64,000 nt of DNA from Candidatus Aldehydirespiratoraceae bacterium (GTDB lineage: Bacteria > Actinomycetota > Acidimicrobiia > Acidimicrobiales > Aldehydirespiratoraceae). Each line of letters opens with the position of its first letter. Position 1 is the first letter of the stretch. The notes under the pieces were generated by a model, which was not told where the DNA came from, did no database searches, and saw nothing but the letters and a program-made list of their open reading frames with translations. A program made the translations under genes and the position numbers. This document shows, piece after piece, positions 46,215 through 54,938 of this stretch. The stretch is taken from the NCBI GenBank assembly GCA_965203375.1, contig OZ241886.1:2431249-2495248 (forward strand), given 5' to 3'.

Positions 46215-47219
46215 ATGACCGGCAACAAGTCGCCCGAAGACGCCCGCGACGCTGAAACTGCCGTAAGCGAAGCATCAAGCGAAGCATCAACAGATGAAGC
46301 ATCAACAGACGTTGACCGCATACAAGGCGGTGAGCATCCAAACGACCGGGTTGTCTTCAGCGACAACATGGAAGTGCTGCCCTCGCTGCCCGCCGCCTCG
46401 GCCCGGCTGATCTACATCGACCCGCCGTTCAACACCGGCACGACCCGGGTGAGGCGAACGCTGGAGACAGTGCGCAGCGACGACGGCGACCGCACCGGCT
46501 TCGGGGGCCGCAGCTACCGGTCCGCCGAACTGGGACGCACCGAGTACGGCGACAGCTTCGACAGCTTTCTCGACTTCATCGGGCCCCGCCTGCGCCAGGC
46601 CCGCCGCCTGCTAACCGACGACGGCACCCTCTACCTGCACCTCGACTACCGCGAGGCCCATTACTGCAAGGTGCTGCTCGATCAAATCTTCGGGCGGGAG
46701 TGCTTCATAAACGAGATCATCTGGGCCTACGACTACGGCGGGCGCTCCAAGCGGCGCTGGCCCGCCAAACACGACACCATCCTCATGTACGCCAAGGACC
46801 CGGACCGCTATTTCTTCGACCAAGACGCCATCGAGCGCATCCCCTACATGGCGCCGGGGCTGGTGTCGGCCGAGAAGGCCAGCCGGGGCAAGCTGCCCAC
46901 CGACGTGTGGTGGCACACCATCGTCGCCACCAACGGCTCGGAGAAGACCGGCTACGCCACCCAGAAGCCCGAAGGAGTGCTACGCCGCATAATCATGGCG
47001 TCCTCGCAGCCCGGCGACCTAGTGGTGGACTTCTTCGCCGGATCGGGAACCACCGGGGCGGTGGCCCGCCAGCTAGATCGCTCGTTCCTGCTGGTCGACA
47101 GCAACTGGACGGCGATCGAGACCATCGCCCGCCGGCTGGGCCTCGCCGGCATCGCCTACACCGACGCCGCCGGCCGCCCCATCGACGACAAACACCTTCT
47201 CTCGCTGGGAACGACTTAG
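46215..47219 (+). CDS. beta-class DNA methyltransferase (probably N6-adenine), orphan
   Basis: motif IV DPPF precedes motif I FAGSGTT; acidic Ser/Glu-rich N-terminus. Confidence 0.8.
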   Translation: MTGNKSPEDARDAETAVSEASSEASTDEASTDVDRIQGGEHPNDRVVFSDNMEVLPSLPAASARLIYIDPPFNTGTTRVRRTLETVRSDDGDRTGFGGRSYRSAELGRTEYGDSFDSFLDFIGPRLRQARRLLTDDGTLYLHLDYREAHYCKVLLDQIFGRECFINEIIWAYDYGGRSKRRWPAKHDTILMYAKDPDRYFFDQDAIERIPYMAPGLVSAEKASRGKLPTDVWWHTIVATNGSEKTGYATQKPEGVLRRIIMASSQPGDLVVDFFAGSGTTGAVARQLDRSFLLVDSNWTAIETIARRLGLAGIAYTDAAGRPIDDKHLLSLGTT

Positions 47220-47377
47220 AGCGTCACTCCGCGATCCTCGTCAAGCACATCCGCGGTGCGTCGCTTGGCCTTGCATCGAACGACCGGTTCCAAGCGATGG
47301 CGCTTCGGAGGGGTGATCCACCCCTCTTCGATTCCCCGGTCGAGTATTGAGCCGTCGGAATAGTCGATCTGCTTCAT
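47216..47377 (-). CDS. small basic ORF (53 aa) with strong Shine-Dalgarno, convergent on MTase
   Basis: GAGGTGA 6 nt upstream of ATG; the RBS overlaps the map stop codon; below the ORF-track length cutoff. Confidence 0.3.
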   Translation of the reverse strand: MKQIDYSDGSILDRGIEEGWITPPKRHRLEPVVRCKAKRRTADVLDEDRGVTL

Positions 47378-47385
47378 GGATCACC

Positions 47386-48351
47386 TCATGGAAGAGTCAA
47401 GGCATCGGCCAACATATCGTGGGCGCATTCGCCGGCGGGGGTGGCGGTGAGGATCTGGGCCCCGCCGTCGACGCAGGCCAGGGTGTGCTCGAACTGGGCG
47501 GTGCGGCGGCCGTCCCGGGTGACCGCGGTCCACTGGTCGTCCCAGATCACCACCTCGGGCGAGCCGAGGGTGAGCATGGGCTCGATGGTGAAGGTCATAC
47601 CCTCGGCCAGGGCGGTGTCGGCGAAGCGGTCGTAGTAGTGGGGTATCTGCAGGCTGGCGTGGAACTCGGTCCCGACTCCGTGGCCGATGAACTCCCGCAC
47701 CACCCCCAGGCCGGAGCGGCCGGCGCGGGTCTCGATGGCCCGGCCGATGGCCGACACCGGCGCCCCCGGCCGCACCGCCTCGATCCCGGCGTAGAGCGCG
47801 GCCCGGGTCTCGGTCACCAGCCGCCGGGAGTGCTCGTCCACGTCGCCCACCATCACCGTGACCGAGGTGTCGCCGTGAACCCCCTCGCGGTACACGGTGA
47901 CGTCGATGTTGACGATGTCGCCGTCGGCCAACTCGCGGGAGTCGGGGATGCCGTGGCAGATCACCTCGTTCACCGAGGTGCACACCGACTTGGGGAACCC
48001 CCGGTAGCCGAGCGGGCTCGGGTAGGCGCCGGCCGCCACCGCCGCGTCGTGTACGAAGCGGTCCAGCGAATCGGTGGTGACCCCCGGCGCCGCCCGCTCG
48101 CAGGCCCGGATGAGTATCTCCGCGGCCAGCGCCCCGGTGCGGGCCATGGCCTCCAGCTCCGCCGGGGTCCGCACCGGTGAAGATGTCGGCCGGCCGGGTT
48201 CGCCCGAGGGGGCCAGGGCGTAGGGGGGCCGGTCGATCCCCCGGGGAACCGGCCGGCGGGGGCTGACCAGGCCGGCCCGCACCGGCGGCTCCGACGGCGG
48301 AATGCGGGCCGCGCCCGCCGGCACTGCAGGCCGCCGCTTGCGCTTAGCCAC
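47386..48351 (-). CDS. map: methionine aminopeptidase, type Ic (N-terminal extension)
   Basis: pita-bread metal ligands (D, D, H, E, E pattern), PxxP-rich N-terminal extension. Confidence 0.85.
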   Translation of the reverse strand: MAKRKRRPAVPAGAARIPPSEPPVRAGLVSPRRPVPRGIDRPPYALAPSGEPGRPTSSPVRTPAELEAMARTGALAAEILIRACERAAPGVTTDSLDRFVHDAAVAAGAYPSPLGYRGFPKSVCTSVNEVICHGIPDSRELADGDIVNIDVTVYREGVHGDTSVTVMVGDVDEHSRRLVTETRAALYAGIEAVRPGAPVSAIGRAIETRAGRSGLGVVREFIGHGVGTEFHASLQIPHYYDRFADTALAEGMTFTIEPMLTLGSPEVVIWDDQWTAVTRDGRRTAQFEHTLACVDGGAQILTATPAGECAHDMLADALTLP

Positions 48352-48565
48352 AGCCGCTCTCAGCCACGGTTGCGCTCGCCGGTTCTATTCGGCTCCAGCC
48401 GCGCTCACGCCCGGTCAATTGATCGCGCTCCGGCTGGCATGCTCCAGCGAGTGCGTGGCGCGTCCCGGCTTGGCACGCTCCGACGTAGGCGCTCTCAGCC
48501 ACGGCCGCGCCTGGTCATTCATCGCGCTTGGCGCGGCGAACTCGGCCATGACTCAAGGGTAGGAC

Positions 48566-49072
48566 TCAGGGCAGGAACCGGCTGACCGACTCGACCACGC
48601 AGGCCGGCTTCTCCGCGCCCTCGATCTCCACGGTGATGGTGATGACCGCCTGCACTCCCCCGCCGGGCAGTTCGGATACCTCGGTGACCACGGCCGAGCC
48701 CCGAACCCTAGACCCCGCCGTCACCGGATGCGGGAACCTCACCCGGTTGACGCCGTAGTTGATCCCCATCGAGATCCCCTCCACCCGCATGACCTCCGGG
48801 AGGAAGAGGCTGGTGAGGGCCAGGGTCAGATAGCCGTGGGCGATAGTGGCCCCGAACGGCCCCTTCGCCGCGGCCTGCGGATCGACGTGGATCCACTGGT
48901 GGTCGCCGGTGGCCTCCGCGAACAGGTTTATGCGGTCCTGGTCGATGGTGATCCAGTCGCTGTTCCCGAGATGGCGGCCGACGGCGCCGAGCAGTTCCCG
49001 GGGGGAGGCGAACACGGCAGTCACCCGCCCGACGCTACCGGGCCACCGGCCGAGGTCACCGGCCGAGGTCAC
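48566..49072 (-). CDS. MaoC-like (R)-hydratase / hot-dog fold protein
   Basis: hot-dog fold, ...DHQWIHVD...GATIAHG. Confidence 0.75.
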   Translation of the reverse strand: MTSAGDLGRWPGSVGRVTAVFASPRELLGAVGRHLGNSDWITIDQDRINLFAEATGDHQWIHVDPQAAAKGPFGATIAHGYLTLALTSLFLPEVMRVEGISMGINYGVNRVRFPHPVTAGSRVRGSAVVTEVSELPGGGVQAVITITVEIEGAEKPACVVESVSRFLP

Positions 49073-49095
49073 CGGCCGAGGTCACCGGCCGCCCT
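49041..49095. repeat. 13-bp direct repeat x3.5 (ACCGGCCGAGGTC) in divergent promoter region
   Basis: four consecutive units overlapping the putative MaoC start. Confidence 0.7.
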
Positions 49096-49207
49096 GGCCC
49101 GACCAAGCGAGGCACCACCGCCGCCTAACCTCGAACAGGCGGACCGCCGCCCGGCCGCCCAGCCCGGATCACCAACGACCGAGCGGGCGGCGCTACCCTG
49201 GCCCGGC

Positions 49208-50305
49208 GTGGCGGCAGGCGGAGGCACCAAGGCGATCCTGGCCGCCCTGTTCGCCAACCTCGGGATAGCCATCGCCAAGTTCGTCGCCTTCGCCTTCACC
49301 CGGTCGTCGTCGATGCTGGCTGAGGCCATCCACAGCGTGGCCGACACCTCCAACCAGGCCCTGCTGCTGCTGGGCGGCCGCCTGGCCCGCCGGGACGCCA
49401 CCGACGAGCACCAGTTCGGGTTCGGGCGGGAGCGCTACTTCTGGTCCTTCGTGGTGGCCTTGGTGCTGTTCTCGGTGGGATCGCTGTTCGCCCTCTGGGA
49501 GGGCGTGGAGAAGATCCGCCACCCCCACGAGATCGACTCGCCCCTCTGGGCCATCTCGGTGCTGTCCATCGGCATCGTGCTGGAGGGCTTTTCCTTCAGA
49601 ACCGCCATCGTCGAGTCGAACCGCATCCGGGGCTCGGCCTCCTGGACGGCCTTCATCCGCCGATCCCGGACCCCGGAGCTGCCGGTGGTGCTGCTGGAGG
49701 ATCTCGGCGCCATGATCGGCCTGGTTTTCGCCCTGACCGCGGTGAGCATCGCCACCGTCTTCGACGCCCCGGTGTGGGACGGGATCGGCACCCTGTCCAT
49801 CGGCGTGCTGCTGGGGGCCATCGCCGTGGTGCTGATGGTGGAGATGCGCAGCCTGCTGCTGGGAGAGTCGGCCGGCAAGGCCGACGCCGCCGCCATCCGG
49901 GCCGCCATCTCCTCCACCGAGGGGGTGGAGAGGCTGATCCACCTGCGCACCCAGCACCTCGGGCCCGACGAGCTGCTGGTGGCGGCCAAGGTGCAGTTCG
50001 ACCCCGGCTACACCACCGCCGAACTGGCCGCGGCCATCGACCGGGTGGAAACCAACACCCGCCGGGCCGTGCCCATCGCCAGCCCCATGTACGTGGAACC
50101 CGGCATCGGGCAGGTCGAGGGCTCCGAGGAAGAGCACTCCGAAGGCGACGGCCCCGAAGGCGAACACTCCGAGGACGGCCAAGCCCGGGGCAGCGAAGGC
50201 AGCGGTTTCGCAAGCGAGAGCCCCGAAGGCGGCGAGGACGACGGCCCCGAAGGCGGCGAGGACGACGGCCCCGAAGGCGGCGACCGGGCCCGAGACCGGG
50301 AATGA
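49208..50305 (+). CDS. cation diffusion facilitator (CDF) transporter with acidic C-terminal tail
   Basis: 6 TM + C-terminal cytoplasmic domain; GTG start; tail EGSEEEHSEGDGPEGE... Confidence 0.8.
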   Translation: MAAGGGTKAILAALFANLGIAIAKFVAFAFTRSSSMLAEAIHSVADTSNQALLLLGGRLARRDATDEHQFGFGRERYFWSFVVALVLFSVGSLFALWEGVEKIRHPHEIDSPLWAISVLSIGIVLEGFSFRTAIVESNRIRGSASWTAFIRRSRTPELPVVLLEDLGAMIGLVFALTAVSIATVFDAPVWDGIGTLSIGVLLGAIAVVLMVEMRSLLLGESAGKADAAAIRAAISSTEGVERLIHLRTQHLGPDELLVAAKVQFDPGYTTAELAAAIDRVETNTRRAVPIASPMYVEPGIGQVEGSEEEHSEGDGPEGEHSEDGQARGSEGSGFASESPEGGEDDGPEGGEDDGPEGGDRARDRE

Positions 50306-50970
50306 CCGAGCTTCACGCCACAACCACCGGCTCGGGGCCGCCGGTGGTGCTGCTGCACGGCATGGGCGACGACTCGTCGGTGTGGGACCAGACGGTGGCC
50401 GACCTGGCCGGCGACTTCGCCTGCACCGCGGTGGACCTCCCGGGCCACGGCCGCTCCCCCGTCCCCGACGACCCCGACGCCTACCGGCGCGAGGCGGTGC
50501 TCGAAGCCCTCGACGCGGTGCTGGAGCAAACCGGCCCCGCCCTGGTGGTGGGCCACTCCCTCGGCGGCTACCTGGCCCTGGCCCACCGGATCACCCGCCA
50601 GGACGGCCCGACGGCCGCCGGTCTGGTGCTGGTCTCGACCGGCCCCGGGTTCCGGGACGCCGACTCCATGGCCCAGTGGAACGACCGGGTGAACGCCAAC
50701 GCCCCCAATCTCTCCGTGCCCCCCGCCGCGGCCATCGGCCTCCACGTCGATTCGATGGTGATCGACCGGCTGGAGGAGGTGACGGTCCCGGTGGGGCTGG
50801 TGGTGGGCGACGGCGACCGCAACTTCATGGGGGCCAACGACTACATGGAGGCCCGGCTGTCCGACGTGAGGCGGGTGACCGTCGAGGGCGGCCGCCACCG
50901 GGTGATGCTGACCCATCCCGGCGAAGTGGCGGCCATGGCCCGCCGAGTGGCCGCCGCGGCCGGCATGTGA
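50302..50970 (+). CDS. alpha/beta-fold hydrolase
   Basis: VVLLHGMGDDSSVW...GHSLGG; ATG overlaps CDF stop (ATGA). Confidence 0.65.
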   Translation: MTELHATTTGSGPPVVLLHGMGDDSSVWDQTVADLAGDFACTAVDLPGHGRSPVPDDPDAYRREAVLEALDAVLEQTGPALVVGHSLGGYLALAHRITRQDGPTAAGLVLVSTGPGFRDADSMAQWNDRVNANAPNLSVPPAAAIGLHVDSMVIDRLEEVTVPVGLVVGDGDRNFMGANDYMEARLSDVRRVTVEGGRHRVMLTHPGEVAAMARRVAAAAGM

Positions 50971-51131
50971 GCACCCGGACTGTGACATGGGACGAAGACT
51001 GACACCGGGGTGTGACAGCGCAGGCCGCGGGGCCGCCGAGAACTGACGCGAACAGGCAGGAGGCATCGGGGTGAGACATCGCAAGACCCTCATCAAAGGT
51101 TGAACACGGAGACGGACGTAACACCGACAAC

Positions 51132-52103
51132 ATGAGCACAAATGACATGGGCTTAGACACGGACACATTCGGGCCGGTAGTAGCTGCCGGCTGGCTGGCC
51201 GACAACCTCGACTCGGTGGTGGTCGCCGACGTGCGGTGGTACCTGGACGGCCGCTCGGGCCGGGACGCCTACGACCGGGGCCACCTGCCGGGGGCCCGCT
51301 TCGTGGACCTCGACACCGACCTATCCGGGCGCTCCACAACCGTCGGGGGCCGCCATCCCCTGCCCGACCCCAACCGCTTCGCCGAGGCCATGGGCCGCCT
51401 CGGCATTGGCGACGGCGACCCGGTGGTGGTCTACGACGACGCCGGCGGGGTGATCGCGGGTCGGATGTGGTGGATGCTCGACTCGCTGGGACATCCCGCG
51501 GCGGTGCTCGACGGCGGCATCGGGGCCTGGGCCGGGCCGCTGGAGACGGCCCCGGCCGCCTGGGCGCCGGCTGAGTTCACCCCCCGGCCCTGGCCCGAGA
51601 ACCGCTTCGTCGGCATCGACGAGATGGACCGCCTCCGGGACCGGCCCGGCGCCGTGGTCATCGACGCCCGCTCGCCCGAGCGCTACCGGGGCGACCCCAA
51701 CCCCATCGACCCCCGCTTCGGCCATGTGCCCGGGGCGCTGAACATGCCCGCCACCGCCAACCTGGCCGCCAACGGCAGGCTGCTGCCCGCGACCGAACTG
51801 CGGGCCCGCTACACGGCCATCGGCGCCGCCGAACCGGGCGCAGAAACACCAGGCGCCGAGGCGGAAACATCGGGCGCAGAAACACCGGGCGCAGAATCCC
51901 CCGACCCAGGGGCGTCCAACTCCTCCAACATCATCGCCTACTGCGGCAGCGGCGTGTCGGCCTGCTGCGATCTGCTGGCCCTGCGCCGGGCCGGACTGGG
52001 CAACGGGCGGCTGTTCGTGGGGTCGTGGTCGGCCTGGGGCGCCGATCCCGCCCGGCCCGTCGAAACCAGCCAGCCTGCGGTCGGCGGCAGCCACGGCGGT
52101 TGA
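51132..52103 (+). CDS. two-domain rhodanese sulfurtransferase (3-mercaptopyruvate-ST-like)
   Basis: active-site loop CGSGVSA; low-complexity PGAE insertion. Confidence 0.8.
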   Translation: MSTNDMGLDTDTFGPVVAAGWLADNLDSVVVADVRWYLDGRSGRDAYDRGHLPGARFVDLDTDLSGRSTTVGGRHPLPDPNRFAEAMGRLGIGDGDPVVVYDDAGGVIAGRMWWMLDSLGHPAAVLDGGIGAWAGPLETAPAAWAPAEFTPRPWPENRFVGIDEMDRLRDRPGAVVIDARSPERYRGDPNPIDPRFGHVPGALNMPATANLAANGRLLPATELRARYTAIGAAEPGAETPGAEAETSGAETPGAESPDPGASNSSNIIAYCGSGVSACCDLLALRRAGLGNGRLFVGSWSAWGADPARPVETSQPAVGGSHGG

Positions 52104-52159
52104 TGCCGCCAGCCGCCACCGACACCGGCGCCGACCCGCTGCGCCCAAACCCCGCCTGA
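52103..52159 (+). CDS. leader mini-ORF 1 (18 aa, MPPAATDTGADPLRPNPA), copy of the Ppx N-terminus
   Basis: ATG shares A with rhodanese TGA; its own TGA shares A with the next ATG. Confidence 0.4.
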   Translation: MPPAATDTGADPLRPNPA

Positions 52160-52215
52160 TGCCGCACCCAGCCACCGACACGGGCGCCGACCCGCTGCGC
52201 CCAAACCCCGCCTGA
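52159..52215 (+). CDS. leader mini-ORF 2 (18 aa, MPHPATDTGADPLRPNPA)
   Basis: second 56-bp tandem unit; TGA overlaps Ppx ATG (TGATG). Confidence 0.4.
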   Translation: MPHPATDTGADPLRPNPA

Positions 52216-53966
52216 TGCCGCACCCCGCCACCGACACGGGCGCCGACCCGCTGCGCCCAGACCCCAAACCGCTGGCCGCCATCGACGTGGGCACCAACTC
52301 GGTACACATGGTGGTGGCCCGGCCCGTTCCCGGCGGTCCGCCCGACTTCCTGGCCACAGAACGCATGCCGGTGCGGCTGGGCTCGGGCGGCAACGACATG
52401 AAGCGGCTCCACCCCGACGCCGTCGACCGGGCCGTGGCCGCCCTCGACGAGTGCCGCCGCATCGCCGAGGCCCACCAGGCCGACGTGGTGGCGGTGGCCA
52501 CCAGCGCGGTGCGCGAGGCGGCCAACGCCGCCGACTTCCTGCGCCGGGCCCGCACCGAGGCCGGCGTGGCGGTGGAGGTGGTGTCGGGGGTGGAGGAGGC
52601 CCGCCTGATCCACCTGGGGGCCATGAGCGCGGTGCCCATCGCGGGCCGGCCCCATCTGGTGATCGACATCGGGGGCGGGTCCACCGAGGTGATCGCCGGC
52701 ACCGGCACCGAGCCGGCCCTGGCCCGCAGCCTGAAGCTGGGCCACATCCGCCTCACCGACCGGTTCTTCCCCGGCGGAGTCGTCAAGCCCGGGGCGGTGA
52801 AGTCCTGCCGCCGCCACATCCAGTCCTTCATCGCCCCGTTCCTGCGGGAGATGCCCGAGTTCGAGACGGCGGTGGGCTGCTCGGGCACCATCGAGGCCCT
52901 GGCCCTGATGGGGGCGGCCCGCCGGGGCGCGCCCCTGCGGACGGTGGGCAACGCCGCCCTCGCCCGCGGTGACCTCGACGCGGTGGTGGCCGACCTCGTG
53001 TCCCGTCCCCGCCCGGCCGACCGGGCCGGGGCGCCCGGACTCGACCCGGGCCGGGCCGAGGTGATCGTGGCCGGCGCCGTCCTGCTCCGCCAGATGTTCA
53101 AGGCCCTGGGCATTCGCACCCTAACCGTGTCCACCGGGGCGCTGCGGGAGGGGCTGCTGCTGGACAGGTTTCACCGGAGGGACCGGTCGCCGGCCCGCGG
53201 GCTGCACCACCTCAACGACCTGCGGCGGTCCAGCGTGCTGGCCGTCGCCCGCCGCTACGACCAGGACCTCGCCCACGCCGAGCACTCCACCAACCTGGCC
53301 CTGGAGCTCTTCGACGAGACCCGGCCGATCCACGGGCTGGACGAGGCCGAGCGGGAGGTGCTGGAGGCGGCCGGGCTGCTGCACAACATCGGGCGGTTCG
53401 TGGCCCACGCCGCCCACCACCAGCACTCCTACTACCTGATCCGCCACAGCGAGCAGCTCGCCGGGTTCACCGAGAACGAGCTGGAGCTGATCGCCCAGGT
53501 GGCCCGCTACCACCGCAAGAGCGCCCCCCGCAAGTCCCACCCGAGCTTCGCCGGGCTGGACCGGGCCGATCAGCGGCGGGTCCGGCTGCTGGCCGGGATG
53601 CTGCGGGTGGGGATCGCCCTGGACCGCACCTACCGGCGTGCGGTGCGCCACGTCTCCGCCGACACCGACGACCGGGGCCTGCGGATCGCAGGTCCACACG
53701 ATCGCCGGCACCGACGCCGAGCTGGAGATGTTCACCGCCCGGGACCGCTGCGGCCTGCTGGCCGACGCCCTGGACCGCCCGGTGCGCTTCGAGATAACGC
53801 CATACGGCCTCGGGCAGTCCGGGCAAACCGAAGCCGCCGCGGCGACCGAGACCGCGCCGTCGGCCCTCAGCCGCAGAGCCGGATGACGCCACCGGACCGC
53901 CCCGGCGTGCTTTCCAGGCTGGTTCCAGGCCGGGCGCGATCCCAGCTCAGCCGCAGGGCTGGATGA
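52215..53966 (+). CDS. Ppx/GppA exopolyphosphatase with C-terminal HD domain; probable frameshift near 53687-53692
   Basis: AIDVGTNSVHMVVAR actin-like ATPase fold N-terminus, HD region HN.G..V....HH; after ~53690 the +1 frame (53638..53886) reads protein-like while frame 0 becomes Arg/Pro junk. Confidence 0.75.
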   Translation: MPHPATDTGADPLRPDPKPLAAIDVGTNSVHMVVARPVPGGPPDFLATERMPVRLGSGGNDMKRLHPDAVDRAVAALDECRRIAEAHQADVVAVATSAVREAANAADFLRRARTEAGVAVEVVSGVEEARLIHLGAMSAVPIAGRPHLVIDIGGGSTEVIAGTGTEPALARSLKLGHIRLTDRFFPGGVVKPGAVKSCRRHIQSFIAPFLREMPEFETAVGCSGTIEALALMGAARRGAPLRTVGNAALARGDLDAVVADLVSRPRPADRAGAPGLDPGRAEVIVAGAVLLRQMFKALGIRTLTVSTGALREGLLLDRFHRRDRSPARGLHHLNDLRRSSVLAVARRYDQDLAHAEHSTNLALELFDETRPIHGLDEAEREVLEAAGLLHNIGRFVAHAAHHQHSYYLIRHSEQLAGFTENELELIAQVARYHRKSAPRKSHPSFAGLDRADQRRVRLLAGMLRVGIALDRTYRRAVRHVSADTDDRGLRIAGPHDRRHRRRAGDVHRPGPLRPAGRRPGPPGALRDNAIRPRAVRANRSRRGDRDRAVGPQPQSRMTPPDRPGVLSRLVPGRARSQLSRRAG

Positions 53967-54810
53967 CCGAGCGGCCGAAGTCGGCCAGGGCCTCCTCGGT
54001 GTGGCGGAAATAGCGGAAGGCCGGCGCCAGCAGCCGGTGTACGCCCCACGACTCGGCCTCAGCCACCGCGGCGGACGGGTCGTCGCCCAGCAGCCCGGGA
54101 TGGAACGTGGTCACCTCGATCGATGCGGGGTCCCGGCCGGCCTCGGCCGCCTCGGCCCGGGCCATCTGGGCCAGGGAGGCCACGTCCCCCTCGGCCGGGA
54201 AGAAGCCGTCGCCCACCCGGCCAGCCCGGCGGGCCGAGGCCGGGCTATGGCCGCCGATGTGGACCGGCACCCGGCCCGCGGCCGGCTTGGGGTTGGAGCT
54301 GACCCGCTCGAACGACACGAACTCGCCCTCGAAGGACACGTCGTCCTCGGCCCACACCCGCCGCATCACCTCCAGGTACTCCTCGGTGCGGGCCCCCCGC
54401 CGGGCCCAGGGCACGCCCAGTGCCTCGAACTCCTCCCGCAGCCAGCCCACGCCGATCCCCAGCTCCACCCGTCCCCCCGACATGGAGTCGACGGTGGCCA
54501 CCTCCTTGGCGAAGACGAGGGGGTGGCGCTCGGCCAGCAGCGAGATGCCGGTGGCCAGCCGGATTTCGGAGGTGGCGGCGGCCACGTGGCCCAGCCAGGC
54601 CAGCGGGTCGGGGATGGGGTTGCGGCCCGACCCCGGCATCTTCCCGCTGGGCCCGTAGGGGTACACCGACTCGTACCCCTCGGGGTAGACGACGTGCTCC
54701 ACCGTCCACAGCGACTCGAACCCGGCCGCCTCGGCCGAGGCGGCCAGCTTGACGGCCCCGGGCCCGGAGGCGAAGGGCCCGGTGTTGGCGAACCCGATGC
54801 CGAACTTCAC
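53947..54810 (-). CDS. LLM-class (luciferase-like) F420-dependent oxidoreductase
   Basis: MKFGIGFANTGPFASG...; LLM fold. Confidence 0.8.
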   Translation of the reverse strand: MKFGIGFANTGPFASGPGAVKLAASAEAAGFESLWTVEHVVYPEGYESVYPYGPSGKMPGSGRNPIPDPLAWLGHVAAATSEIRLATGISLLAERHPLVFAKEVATVDSMSGGRVELGIGVGWLREEFEALGVPWARRGARTEEYLEVMRRVWAEDDVSFEGEFVSFERVSSNPKPAAGRVPVHIGGHSPASARRAGRVGDGFFPAEGDVASLAQMARAEAAEAGRDPASIEVTTFHPGLLGDDPSAAVAEAESWGVHRLLAPAFRYFRHTEEALADFGRSVIQPCG

Positions 54811-54863
54811 CGCACCCCCGCTCTATCCAATCGCCGCCAATCCGAGCGGTACCCTAACCAGCC

Positions 54864-54938
54864 GTGACCGGACCCGGCCCCCTCACCGCCTCGACCAACC
54901 ACCCCGGACCAACCTCGATCAAAGACATCGAACCGTGA
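54864..54938 (+). CDS. leader mini-ORF (24 aa, VTGPGPLTAST...) duplicating the aminotransferase start
   Basis: GTG 54864; TGA 54936-54938 overlaps GTG 54935 of the main ORF (GTGA). Confidence 0.35.
   Translation: MTGPGPLTASTNHPGPTSIKDIEP

Noticed and set aside
53638-53886. Stand-alone 82-aa ORF 53638..53886
   Set aside because: Interpreted as the displaced true C-terminus of Ppx/GppA after a frameshift, not a separate gene.
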